This document shows, in pieces, positions 49,993 through 59,083 of a stretch of DNA of 64,000 nt. Within the stretch, counting starts at the first letter, position 1. Each line of letters opens with the position of its first letter. This DNA comes from an uncultured Bacillota bacterium (lineage in GTDB: Bacteria > Sysuimicrobiota > Sysuimicrobiia > Sysuimicrobiales > Segetimicrobiaceae): positions 96,001 through 160,000 of the forward strand of contig CAWDRG010000017.1 in assembly GCA_963804645.1 (NCBI GenBank), read 5' to 3'. The translations under genes were made by a program, and so were the position numbers. The notes beneath the pieces were generated by a model. The model had not been told where the DNA came from and ran no database searches. It saw only the letters and a program-made list of their open reading frames with translations.

Positions 49993-50871
49993 TTACTCCA
50001 CGTTCTGAATCTGCTCGCGCAGGCTCTCCAGCTCGCCCTTCATCGCGATCACGCGGCGCGTGATCGCGAGGTCGTTCGCCTTGCTGCCGATGGTGTTCGC
50101 CTCGCGGCCGAGCTCCTGTACGATGAACTCGAGCGTCCGCCCGACGGCGCCGTCCGCGTTGAGCGTACTCTGAAACTGCACGAGGTGGCTTCGGAACCGG
50201 GTGATCTCCTCCGTCACGTCCGTGCGATCGGCGAACATCGCGATCTCCGTGGCCAGCCGGCCCGGGTCGACCGACACCCCGTCGGTGAGCTCCTGCACCC
50301 GACGGACGAGCCGCGCGTGGTACTCGCCCACCACGCTCGGCGCCCGCGCTTCGATCGCGGCGATGTGCTCGTCGAGGCGCTCCACACGCCGCGCCAAATC
50401 CGTGGCGAGCCTCGCGCCCTCGGTGTCCCGCATTGCCACGAGCCGGTCCACCGCGTCGGCGACCCCTGCCGAAAGCGCCGCCCACGACACTTCGAGGTCT
50501 TCCTTCTGCTCCTCGATCCGGATGAGGTCAGGGAGGGATACCAGGGTCGACAGATCCAGCGGCGCAGAGATCGAGAGAGCGTGTTTGAGGTCGTTTAAGG
50601 CGCTGGCGTACGCTGTAGCCAGGTCTAGGTCCGCCTTAACCGCCCGCGTGCGCTTTCCGTGGTCCTGTCGGATTATAGCAACATCGACCCGCCCCCGCAA
50701 CACGCGGCCCTGCACGATTGCGCGGACTTGATCCTCGAGCGCGGCGAACTCCCTGGGAAGCCGGACGACGATCTCGCAGAACCGGTGGTTGACCGAGCGC
50801 ATCTCGACGGCGTAGCGGCTGAGGCTGGTGGTCGCCTCGGCCGCGCCGAATCCCGTCATGCTTCTCGTCAC
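49993..50871 (-). CDS. yicC: YicC/YloC family endoribonuclease
   Basis: SMTGFG, RSVNHR, DVTEE, RE.NTIGSK, REQIQNVE. Confidence 0.93.
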   Translation of the reverse strand: MTRSMTGFGAAEATTSLSRYAVEMRSVNHRFCEIVVRLPREFAALEDQVRAIVQGRVLRGRVDVAIIRQDHGKRTRAVKADLDLATAYASALNDLKHALSISAPLDLSTLVSLPDLIRIEEQKEDLEVSWAALSAGVADAVDRLVAMRDTEGARLATDLARRVERLDEHIAAIEARAPSVVGEYHARLVRRVQELTDGVSVDPGRLATEIAMFADRTDVTEEITRFRSHLVQFQSTLNADGAVGRTLEFIVQELGREANTIGSKANDLAITRRVIAMKGELESLREQIQNVE

Positions 50872-51084
50872 GGGAGGGGCTCCCGGGGGGCGCTCGAGGA
50901 AATTCGACCGCAGGACGTCACCAGGGAGAGTCCGTCGGCCGGACTCCAATCTCCTGCTCGTCCCGGGACGCGGTGCCGGCCCGGCGCGTTGACACCGCGG
51001 CGGCGCGGAAATATCTTCGTGGTGGGGCGCATGCCGCTTGAGCAGCCCCGAGCGCGCACACGGCGCCCAGGATCTGGAGGTACT

Positions 51085-52857
51085 GTGACCTCGGGCGACG
51101 GAGCACAAGCACCCCGGGCCGAACCGGCCGTCGTTCCTCCCTCGATCGACGGGCTGGTGCTCGCCGCGGTCGCGCGGGAGATCCGCGCGCTCATCGGCGC
51201 CCGATTTGCGGGCGTCCGCCAGCCCACGCCCGACGCGATCGTCCTGAGCCTGCGGACCGCCGAGCACGTGGATCACCTCTACTGCTCGACCCACGCGCGC
51301 GCGGCCCGTGTGCACCTGTCCGCGCGGCCCGAAACCACCGAGCGCCTCCTGCCGTTCGGGCAGCTGCTCCGAAGCCGCCTGACCGAGGCTCGCCTCGCCC
51401 TGGTCGAGCAGCCGCCGTTCGATCGCGTGCTGCGCCTCGGCTTCGACGCCCTCGAAGGCCCCCTCGTGCTGATCGCCGAGGTGATGGGGCGGTACAGTAA
51501 CCTGATCTTGATCGACGACCGGATCGTCCTCGGCGCGCTCAAGGTGGTGACGCCGCAGATGTCGCCGCGGCGCCCCGTGCTGCCGGGACGCCCGTACGCG
51601 GCGCCGCCGACCGACCGTCCGGGTCCTGGCGCGCTCAGCGACGACGCCGTGCGGGCGCTGTGCGTGGGCCCGCGCGCCGTCTGGCAGCAGCTCCTCTCCG
51701 GCGTGCAGGGGCTCGGCCCGGCACTCGCCCGCGAGACCGCGCTCCGGGCCGGGGTCGACCCCCTGACGCCCGCGGACGAGGCCGCCGAGGCGGCCCCGCG
51801 GCTCCGGGCCGCGCTCGAGGAGTTGGCGGAGGTGCGGCGGGCGGAATCGTTCGACCCGGCGGCCTACGCGCGCGCCGGCCGCACGGTCGCGTTCGCGGCG
51901 ATCCCCCTCGAGGTGTACCGCGGGCTTGACCGCGCTCCCGTGCGTTCGATGAGCGACGCGCTGGAGCGCTACTACCGCGACCTCGGGGAGGAAGCGCCGC
52001 TCGAGGACCGCCGGCGGGCGCTCGCGGGCGCCGCGCGCACCGCGCTGCGTCAGCGCGAGCGCGCGCTCGAGGAGAATCGCCGCGCCCTCGAGGACAGCGC
52101 ACGCGCGGACCGGTACCGCGTGATGGGCGAGCTGCTGCTCGCGTACGCCGGGCGCGTGGCCCCGCGGGCCGCGGCGGTCGCGCTGCCGGACTACACCGCG
52201 GAGGGCACGGAGATCACGATCCCGTTGGATCCGGACCTCACCGCCGTCCAGAACGCGCAGCGGCTCTTCCGCCGGTACGGCAAGGCGCAGGCCGCGGCGC
52301 GGGCGGTCCCGGACCGGATCGCGCGCCTCGGCGCCGAGGTGGACGCGCTGCGGGGGGCGCTCGTCCAGATCGCCACGGCCGCGTCGGCCGACGATCTGTG
52401 GGAGATCCAGACGGACCTGGTCGCCGCGCGGGTGCTGCGCAAGGCTCCGCGCTCACGCCCGGCGGCGAAAAGCGGGCCGCGCCGCTTCCGGGCGCCCGGC
52501 GGCGGCACAATCATCGTGGGCCGCAGCGCGAGAGAGAACGACCACGTCACCTTCCACGTCGCCGGACCCGACGATCTGTGGTTCCACGCCCGGGGCCTGG
52601 CCGGCGCGCACGTGATCCTCAAGACGGACGGCGCGCCGCAGGACGACGCGATCGCCGCGGCGGCGCAGGCGGCCGCGTACTTCAGCGAGGGACGCGAGGG
52701 GGCGCTGGTGGCCGTGGACTGGGTCGCGCGCAAGCACGTACGGAAGCCGCGCGGCGCGGCGCCCGGAGCCGTCACGTACGCCGGGGAACGCACGCTGCGC
52801 GTCGCACCGACGATGCCGCCCCCGCTCCCGACGGGACGGAGCGCGCCGCGGACATAA
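51085..52857 (+). CDS. rqcH: Ribosome quality control protein RqcH (NFACT/FbpA family)
   Basis: DGLVL, EVMGRYSNLIL, VGRSAREND, WFHARGLAGAHV, RKPRGAAPGAVTY. GGAGG RBS. Confidence 0.9.
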   Translation: MTSGDGAQAPRAEPAVVPPSIDGLVLAAVAREIRALIGARFAGVRQPTPDAIVLSLRTAEHVDHLYCSTHARAARVHLSARPETTERLLPFGQLLRSRLTEARLALVEQPPFDRVLRLGFDALEGPLVLIAEVMGRYSNLILIDDRIVLGALKVVTPQMSPRRPVLPGRPYAAPPTDRPGPGALSDDAVRALCVGPRAVWQQLLSGVQGLGPALARETALRAGVDPLTPADEAAEAAPRLRAALEELAEVRRAESFDPAAYARAGRTVAFAAIPLEVYRGLDRAPVRSMSDALERYYRDLGEEAPLEDRRRALAGAARTALRQRERALEENRRALEDSARADRYRVMGELLLAYAGRVAPRAAAVALPDYTAEGTEITIPLDPDLTAVQNAQRLFRRYGKAQAAARAVPDRIARLGAEVDALRGALVQIATAASADDLWEIQTDLVAARVLRKAPRSRPAAKSGPRRFRAPGGGTIIVGRSARENDHVTFHVAGPDDLWFHARGLAGAHVILKTDGAPQDDAIAAAAQAAAYFSEGREGALVAVDWVARKHVRKPRGAAPGAVTYAGERTLRVAPTMPPPLPTGRSAPRT

Positions 52858-52912
52858 CGCGCCCGCCGTCCATCGCACTGGCCGGCAACGGACCGACGTG
52901 CAGATGCACGCG

Positions 52913-53743
52913 TCACACCATCTTGGGACTCGCGACACCGTGACGGCGGCGGCGCCCGCGAGCCGCGGCGGGCGGCCTGGCGGGACGCCGTCCCGGATCG
53001 ATGCTTGCCGTTTGGCCCCTCGGGGCAGGTGACGCGGCGAGGCGATAGCCCACGCGAGCCTCTGTCAGGATATAGGAGGGCCGCGCCGGATCCGGCTCCA
53101 CCTTGTGCCGCAGCTTGTTCACGCTGACCCGGAGCAGATTGAGATCCTGCTCGCGCTCCGGGCCCCACGTCTCGCGCAACAACTCCCGATGGGAAAGCAC
53201 CGTACCGGCCGCAAGCGCCAACGTCTTGAGCAGCGTGTATTCGACGGGAGTCAGCGTGATGTACCGGCGGCCCATCGTGACGCGCCGATGCGCGACGTCG
53301 ATGACGAGATTCCCGACTTGGATAACCGTACCGGAAGCTGGCACTGCCTGTCGGCGCATCGCGACGCGCAGACGCGCAAGCAGCTCACTGACGCGAAACG
53401 GCTGGGTCACGTAGTCTATGACGCCCGCGTCCAGCGCAGCCGTCTGGTCTTGCTGAACGCGGTCGGCACACACGACCACAATGGGCACATTGGACCGCGC
53501 GCGGAGACGGCGAATCACCTCGATCGCGTCCAGGTCCGGGAGGGCAAACTCCAGCGTGACGAGGTCAGGATGCACCCGAGTCACGACCCGCAGCGCTTCC
53601 TCGCCGGTCGCGGCTTCGAACACAGTATACCCGTGTCTGGTCAGGGCGGTCCTCAGCGCCCGACGGATCAAGGGCTCGTCGTCGACAATGAGGACGCGCG
53701 GTCCGTCCGCCTGGTCGATGCAAGTCGCACTGGCGGTGATCAT
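52913..53743 (-). CDS. kdpE: KdpE-like response regulator with atypical receiver
   Basis: VLIVDDEP, LTPVEY.LL..L, LRVSVNKLRHKVEPDPARPSYILTEARVGYRL; follows kdpC. Confidence 0.85.
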   Translation of the reverse strand: MITASATCIDQADGPRVLIVDDEPLIRRALRTALTRHGYTVFEAATGEEALRVVTRVHPDLVTLEFALPDLDAIEVIRRLRARSNVPIVVVCADRVQQDQTAALDAGVIDYVTQPFRVSELLARLRVAMRRQAVPASGTVIQVGNLVIDVAHRRVTMGRRYITLTPVEYTLLKTLALAAGTVLSHRELLRETWGPEREQDLNLLRVSVNKLRHKVEPDPARPSYILTEARVGYRLAASPAPRGQTASIDPGRRPARPPAAARGRRRRHGVASPKMV

Positions 53744-53763
53744 TGTCGATGCACGCGGCCTGG

Positions 53764-54336
53764 CTATTTCACCTGGTCGAGCGCCCGATTCAGTTCGAGG
53801 ACGTTCACCCGTGGCTCGCCGAGCACGCCGAACTGGCGTCCCTCCGTGTACTGCGCCACGAGAGTGCGGACGGTCTCGACCGGCAGCTTGTGGACCCGCG
53901 CGACGCGCGGCACCTGGTACAGCGCCGCCGCAACGCTGATGTCCGGATCGAGCCCGCTCGCGGAGTTCGTGACGAGGTCCACCGGCACCGGCGCGGTGTT
54001 CCCCGGGTCCGCCTGCCGCAGCGCGGCGACGTTCGCTTTCACCTGGTCGATCAGCGCCCGGTTCGTCGGGCCCAGGTTCGAGCCGCTGGACGACGCGGCG
54101 TTGTAGGCCTGCGGCGACGTGGCCGAGGGCCGGCTCCAGAAATGGTCCGGGTCGGCGAACGGCTGGCCGATCAGCTCGGATCCCACAATCTTGCCGTGAT
54201 CCACGATCAGGCTGCCGTTCGCCTGGTGCGGGAACAGGACCTGCGCGATCCCGGTGATCACGAGCGGATAGCACAGCCCCGTAATGATCGTCAGCATCAG
54301 GGTGAGCATGACTGCTCGAAGCAGTTGTGCGCGCAT
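53764..54336 (-). CDS. kdpC: K+-transporting ATPase subunit C
   Basis: [35 protein letters not shown]. Confidence 0.96.
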   Translation of the reverse strand: MRAQLLRAVMLTLMLTIITGLCYPLVITGIAQVLFPHQANGSLIVDHGKIVGSELIGQPFADPDHFWSRPSATSPQAYNAASSSGSNLGPTNRALIDQVKANVAALRQADPGNTAPVPVDLVTNSASGLDPDISVAAALYQVPRVARVHKLPVETVRTLVAQYTEGRQFGVLGEPRVNVLELNRALDQVK

Positions 54337-54416
54337 AATTCCTCGCTCCTTATCGGTGGCCAGCCCCCGTCGCGTGACGGAGGGTGACCGTGGAATGAAT
54401 CATCGATGTCGGCATC

Positions 54417-56510
54417 CTACCGGAGCCCGAGCGCGACCAGAATGACATCGATCAGCTTGATCCCGATGAACGGCGCGATGACGCCGCCGACGCCGTACAG
54501 CAGCAGGTTGTCGCGCAGGATCTCCCCGGCGCTGGCCGGGCGGTACTTGACGCCCCGCAGCGACAGCGGAATGAGCGCGATGATGATCAGCGCATTAAAG
54601 ATCACGGCGGCCGAGATTGCGTTCTCCGGGGTGCTCAGGCGCATGAAGTTGAGCGCGGTCAGCACGGGGTACGTGGACGCAAAGGCCGCCGGGATGATCG
54701 CGAAGTACTTGGCGACGTCGTTCGCGATACTGAACGTTGTCAAGGCACCCCGCGTCATCAGCAGCTGCTTGCCGATCTCGACGACCTCGATCAGCTTCGT
54801 CGGGTTGCTGTCGAGGTCGATCATGTTCGCGGCTTCCCGGGCCGGCTGCGTCCCGGTGTTCATGGCCACCGCCACGTCGGCCTGCGCCAGCGCCGGCGCG
54901 TCGTTGGTCCCGTCGCCGGTCATCGCCACGAGCCGGCCGCCCGTTTGATAGTCTCGGATCAGTTTAAGTTTATCCTCGGGCTTCGCCTGTGCCAGAAAGT
55001 CGTCCACACCGGCTTCGGCGGCAATGGCCGCCGCGGTGAGCGGGTTGTCGCCGGTGATCATGACGGTACGAATGCCCATCTTGCGCAGCTGCAGGAACCG
55101 CTCCTTGATGCCGCCCTTCACAATATCCTTCAAGTAGATGACGCCGAGCACGGTGTCGTTCCATGATACGACCAGCGGGGTACCACCCACCCGCGAGATC
55201 CGGTCGACGGTGGCCGCCAACTCGGGGGGGATCTGGCCGCCCCGCGCCTGTACGTACTCGACGATCGCCGTCGCCGCACCCTTGCGGATGGCCACCCCGT
55301 CGAAATCGACCCCGCTCATCCGCGTCTGGGCGCTGAACGGCACGAACACGGCCCCGTGTGGCACCTCGTCCGTCCCGCCGGCGACGCTGCGGCCGCGCAT
55401 CCCGTACTGGTCCTTCGCGAGCACCGCGATGCTGCGGCCCTCCGGCGTCTCATCGGCCAGCGATGCGAGCTGTGCCGCCTCCGCGAGTTGCCGTGCGTCC
55501 ACTCCGTCCACCGGGATGAACTCGACCGCCTGGCGGTTGCCGAGCGTGATCGTGCCGGTCTTGTCGAGCAGCAGGACGTCGACGTCGCCCGCGGCCTCCA
55601 CGGCACGGCCCGACAGGGCGATCACGTTGCGCTTGATCATGCGGTCCATCCCCGCGATGCCGATCGCGCTCAGGAGGCCGCCGATCGTCGTCGGGATCAG
55701 GCACACCAGGAGCGCGATCAGCACCGTGATCGTCACCGGCGTGCCGTGGCCGGCAACGCTGACGCTGAACACGGAGTACGGGTACAGCGTCGCGCAGACC
55801 AGCAGGAACAGGATCGTGAAGCCGACGAGCAGGATCGTCAGCGCGATCTCGTTCGGCGTCTTCTGCCGCCGCGCGCCCTCGATCAGCGCGATCATGCGGT
55901 CGATGAAGCCCTCGCCGGGATTCGCCGTGACGCGGATCAGGAGCCAGTCGGACAGCACCACGGTGCTGCCGGTGACGGCGCTCCGGTCGCCGCCCGATTC
56001 GCGGATCACCGGGGCGCTTTCGCCGGTCACCGTGCTCTCGTCGACGGACGCGACGCCTTCGATCACCTCACCGTCGGCGGGGACGGCCTCGCCCGCGTTC
56101 ACCAGGACCGTGTCGCCCTTCCGCAGCGCGGTCGACGGGACCATCTCCGCCGGCGCGGTGCGCTCCGGCCGCGCGAGCCGCCGCGCCGAGATGGTCCGGC
56201 GCGCGCGCCGCAGCGCCTCCGCCTGTGCCTTGCCGCGTCCCTCGGCCAGCGCCTCCGCAAAGTTCGCGAACACGACGGTGAACCAGAGCCAGATCGCCAC
56301 GCTGCCGATGAACGGCGCGGGCGCTTCGCCCTTCCCGCCGAGCGCCTGGAAAAACAGGATCGTCGTAAACACGCTGCCGATCTCCACGACGAACATCACC
56401 GGGTTGCGCAGCTGCTGGCGCGGGTCCAGCCGCAGGAATGCGTCCCGGATCGCCACCCGCCAAATCATCGCCTGCTGGGGGGCCGCGCGGTGCGCGGTGT
56501 CTACGCTCAT
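54417..56510 (-). CDS. kdpB: K+-transporting ATPase subunit B
   Basis: [22 protein letters not shown]. Confidence 0.97.
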   Translation of the reverse strand: MSVDTAHRAAPQQAMIWRVAIRDAFLRLDPRQQLRNPVMFVVEIGSVFTTILFFQALGGKGEAPAPFIGSVAIWLWFTVVFANFAEALAEGRGKAQAEALRRARRTISARRLARPERTAPAEMVPSTALRKGDTVLVNAGEAVPADGEVIEGVASVDESTVTGESAPVIRESGGDRSAVTGSTVVLSDWLLIRVTANPGEGFIDRMIALIEGARRQKTPNEIALTILLVGFTILFLLVCATLYPYSVFSVSVAGHGTPVTITVLIALLVCLIPTTIGGLLSAIGIAGMDRMIKRNVIALSGRAVEAAGDVDVLLLDKTGTITLGNRQAVEFIPVDGVDARQLAEAAQLASLADETPEGRSIAVLAKDQYGMRGRSVAGGTDEVPHGAVFVPFSAQTRMSGVDFDGVAIRKGAATAIVEYVQARGGQIPPELAATVDRISRVGGTPLVVSWNDTVLGVIYLKDIVKGGIKERFLQLRKMGIRTVMITGDNPLTAAAIAAEAGVDDFLAQAKPEDKLKLIRDYQTGGRLVAMTGDGTNDAPALAQADVAVAMNTGTQPAREAANMIDLDSNPTKLIEVVEIGKQLLMTRGALTTFSIANDVAKYFAIIPAAFASTYPVLTALNFMRLSTPENAISAAVIFNALIIIALIPLSLRGVKYRPASAGEILRDNLLLYGVGGVIAPFIGIKLIDVILVALGLR

Positions 56511-56523
56511 CTTCTCTGTCTCC

Positions 56524-58341
56524 TCACTTGAAGGTGGTCCCGGCCACGAGCAACAGGTGCTCGACGATCGGGCCGAGCGCCAGCACGGGTAGGAACGCCA
56601 GCGCGCCCCAGATCAGGATCACCGCCACCAGCCACAGTGAAAACATCACGGTGTACGTCGGCAGCGTGCCGGGGCCCGCGGGGACGATCTTCTTCGCCGC
56701 CATCGACCCCGCGATCGCGAGGGTCGGCACGAGAACCCAGAAGCGCGTCAGCAGCATCACCACCCCGCCGACGTCGTTGTAAAACGGTGTGTTGGCGTTG
56801 ATGCCGGCGAACGCACTGCCGTTGTTGTTTGCCATCGACGTGAACGTGTAGAGGATCTGGCTGAAGCCGTGCGGACCGGGATTGGACACTCCCGCCCGCC
56901 CGTCCGCCATGGCGACGCCCAACGCCGTCGCCACGAGCACGACCACGGGCATGATCAGCATGACGATGGTCGCCATCTTCATCTCGAACCCTTCGATCTT
57001 CTTGCCGAGGTACTCGGGCGTGCGGCCCACCATCAGCCCGGCCACGAACGCGGCGAGGATCACGACGACCACCATGCCGTACATCCCGCTGCCGACACCG
57101 CCGTAGACCACTTCGCCGAGGTGCAGCATGACGAGCGGGATCATGCCCCCGATCGGGGTGAACGAATCGTGCATGGAGTCCACGGAGCCGTTCGATGTGG
57201 CCGTCGTCGTCGCCGCCCAGAGCGCCGAATCGACGGGACCGAACCGGACCTCCTTGCCTTCCATGTTGCCGCCCGGCTGCAGCGCACTGGCGGTTTGATC
57301 GACGCTCAGTTGGTGGAAGAGCGGGTTGCCCCCCTGCTCGAAGCCCACGACGACCCCAATCGCGGGGAGAAAGATCAGCGTCATCGCCGCCAAGAGGGCC
57401 CAGCCCTGCCGGGTGTCTTTCACCATCCGGCCATAGGTGTAGACGAGGGACGCGGGAATTAGGACGATTGCGAGCAGCTCCAGGAAGTTCGAGAATGGCG
57501 TCGGGTTCTCGAATGGATGGGCCGAGTTCACATTGAAGAACCCGCCCCCATTCGTCCCGAGCTGCTTGATGGCAACCTGCGACGCTGCGGGTCCGACCGC
57601 GATCTGCTGCTCCGTCACCTTGACCGTCTTGGTCTCCGGCTGGCCCTTGGCATCGAGCACCGGCTTCCCATTCGCGTCGGTGACCGGCTGCTGGTACGAG
57701 GTCGGTTCCATCAACGTCGCAGTCTGGTACGGCGACAGCGTTTGGACGACACCTTGGGACGCAAGTAGGAGCGCCAGCACGATGGCCAGCGGCATGAGAA
57801 TGTAGAGGATGCTCCGCACCGTATCGACCCAAAAGTTGCCGATCGCCATGACCGACCGCCCGGTGAGCCCGCGGATCAGTGCGATCAGCACCGCCATGCC
57901 GACCGCCGGAGAGACGAAGTTCTGCACGGTCAGCCCGGCCATCTGGGTGAAGTAGCTCATGGTCGACTCGCCGCCGTAGGACTGCCAGTTCGTGTTCGTG
58001 AGGAATGACGCGGCGGTGTTGAAGGCCAGGCTCGGATCGACCGGGGTCATGCCCGCCGGGTTCAGCGGGAGCACCGCCTGCAGCCGTTGGAGTGCGTACA
58101 GCAGCAGCATGCCGACGATGCTGAACACGACCACCGCCGCGGCGTACGTGCCCCACGGCATGTCTTCCTGCGGGTTGATGCCGCAGAGCCGGTACAGCCA
58201 GCGCTCGAACGGCCGGACAAAGCGGTCGAGGAACGTCCGCTCGCCCTCATACACCCGCGCCATGTACCCGCCGAGCGGCTTCACCAACAGGAACAAGACG
58301 ACCAGGAATATGAGAATACGGACGATGCCGTTGCTCGTCAT
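56524..58341 (-). CDS. kdpA: K+-transporting ATPase subunit A
   Basis: [26 protein letters not shown]. Confidence 0.97.
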   Translation of the reverse strand: MTSNGIVRILIFLVVLFLLVKPLGGYMARVYEGERTFLDRFVRPFERWLYRLCGINPQEDMPWGTYAAAVVVFSIVGMLLLYALQRLQAVLPLNPAGMTPVDPSLAFNTAASFLTNTNWQSYGGESTMSYFTQMAGLTVQNFVSPAVGMAVLIALIRGLTGRSVMAIGNFWVDTVRSILYILMPLAIVLALLLASQGVVQTLSPYQTATLMEPTSYQQPVTDANGKPVLDAKGQPETKTVKVTEQQIAVGPAASQVAIKQLGTNGGGFFNVNSAHPFENPTPFSNFLELLAIVLIPASLVYTYGRMVKDTRQGWALLAAMTLIFLPAIGVVVGFEQGGNPLFHQLSVDQTASALQPGGNMEGKEVRFGPVDSALWAATTTATSNGSVDSMHDSFTPIGGMIPLVMLHLGEVVYGGVGSGMYGMVVVVILAAFVAGLMVGRTPEYLGKKIEGFEMKMATIVMLIMPVVVLVATALGVAMADGRAGVSNPGPHGFSQILYTFTSMANNNGSAFAGINANTPFYNDVGGVVMLLTRFWVLVPTLAIAGSMAAKKIVPAGPGTLPTYTVMFSLWLVAVILIWGALAFLPVLALGPIVEHLLLVAGTTFK

Positions 58342-58421
58342 ACAAACCACTCCGGCTTCAGCAACGCGCAGATCAGATACCCAAGCAGCACGATCGAGAG
58401 CACGCCTGCGATCACTACCAT
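58338..58421 (-). CDS. kdpF: K+-transporting ATPase subunit F
   Basis: [27 protein letters not shown] (YL..ALL.PE.F motif); ATGA overlap with kdpA. Confidence 0.88.
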   Translation of the reverse strand: MVVIAGVLSIVLLGYLICALLKPEWFV

Positions 58422-58425
58422 GTCG

Positions 58426-58518
58426 TCACCGCCCCATGAGCCAGGTCAGGCCCTTGACCATCCACACGCACGACGCAAAGAAGAGCAGCGTGAGCGCAAT
58501 CAATTCCACGTCCGCCAC
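58426..58518 (-). CDS. Second small hydrophobic kdp peptide
   Basis: MADVELIALTLLFFASCVWMVKGLTWLMGR with GGGAGG RBS, directly upstream of kdpF. Confidence 0.7.
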   Translation of the reverse strand: MADVELIALTLLFFASCVWMVKGLTWLMGR

Positions 58519-58761
58519 GTCCGATCACCCTCCCATACCGAGGAGCCTTTGACACACTCCCGTACAACGCGGTCCGTCCACTCCGTCTAGGAGGGCTGGA
58601 TGCAAGGTCCCGTCGACATCGTCCGAAGCGGCCGGTGCGGCGGCCTAGAGGGGCCGCCGCGCTCCCGGCGCACCCTCGGCCTCAATCGCCCTCCGCCGAG
58701 CAGCACAACCCTGCTGCCGCTCGCAGCGCGCCGCTACCCGCGCGGCGGCGGCGGCGCGTCC

Positions 58762-58800
58762 AAAATAAAACAGAGGGGCGCACGGCGGTCCGCCCCTCTG
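58762..58800 (-). terminator. Intrinsic terminator upstream of the kdp operon
   Basis: CAGAGGGGCG-N10-CGCCCCTCTG followed by TTTTATTTT on the minus strand. Confidence 0.7.
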
Positions 58801-58959
58801 CCAATACCTCTCACTTCTATTCAGTTGTCGTCGGACACACGCGGTGGGGCCGCATAACACGACCTCCACCCTGCATGATCACCATGGATGCTACCACCGA
58901 GGGCCGTTACGAAGCCATTACCGAGCACATCTCCGTCATTAAAGTTTCGTGAATTCGAA

Positions 58960-59040
58960 AGCGTCGGCGGTTGTGCGGCGGCGCAGGGGACCGGCCGCCG
59001 CTCCGGAATGTGTGTCCAGGTCACGGCCGGGCCACGAGGA
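58960..59040 (+). ncRNA. Candidate Na+-sensing (DUF1646-like) riboswitch
   Basis: CGGTTG-hairpin-GGAATGTG..CAGGTCACGGCCGGGCCACG in the 5' UTR of a Na+/H+ antiporter. Resemblance is to a recalled consensus, not a computed match. Confidence 0.45.
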
Positions 59041-59083
59041 TCCCGCAGCTCCAGCGGCCTCCATACGACCGGCCGCACAACCC

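Noticed and set aside
58520..58760. c-di-AMP (ydaO) riboswitch upstream of kdp
   Set aside because: The conserved GCTGAATCC / GGGGAACC / CAGCTAAC-like segments were not seen.
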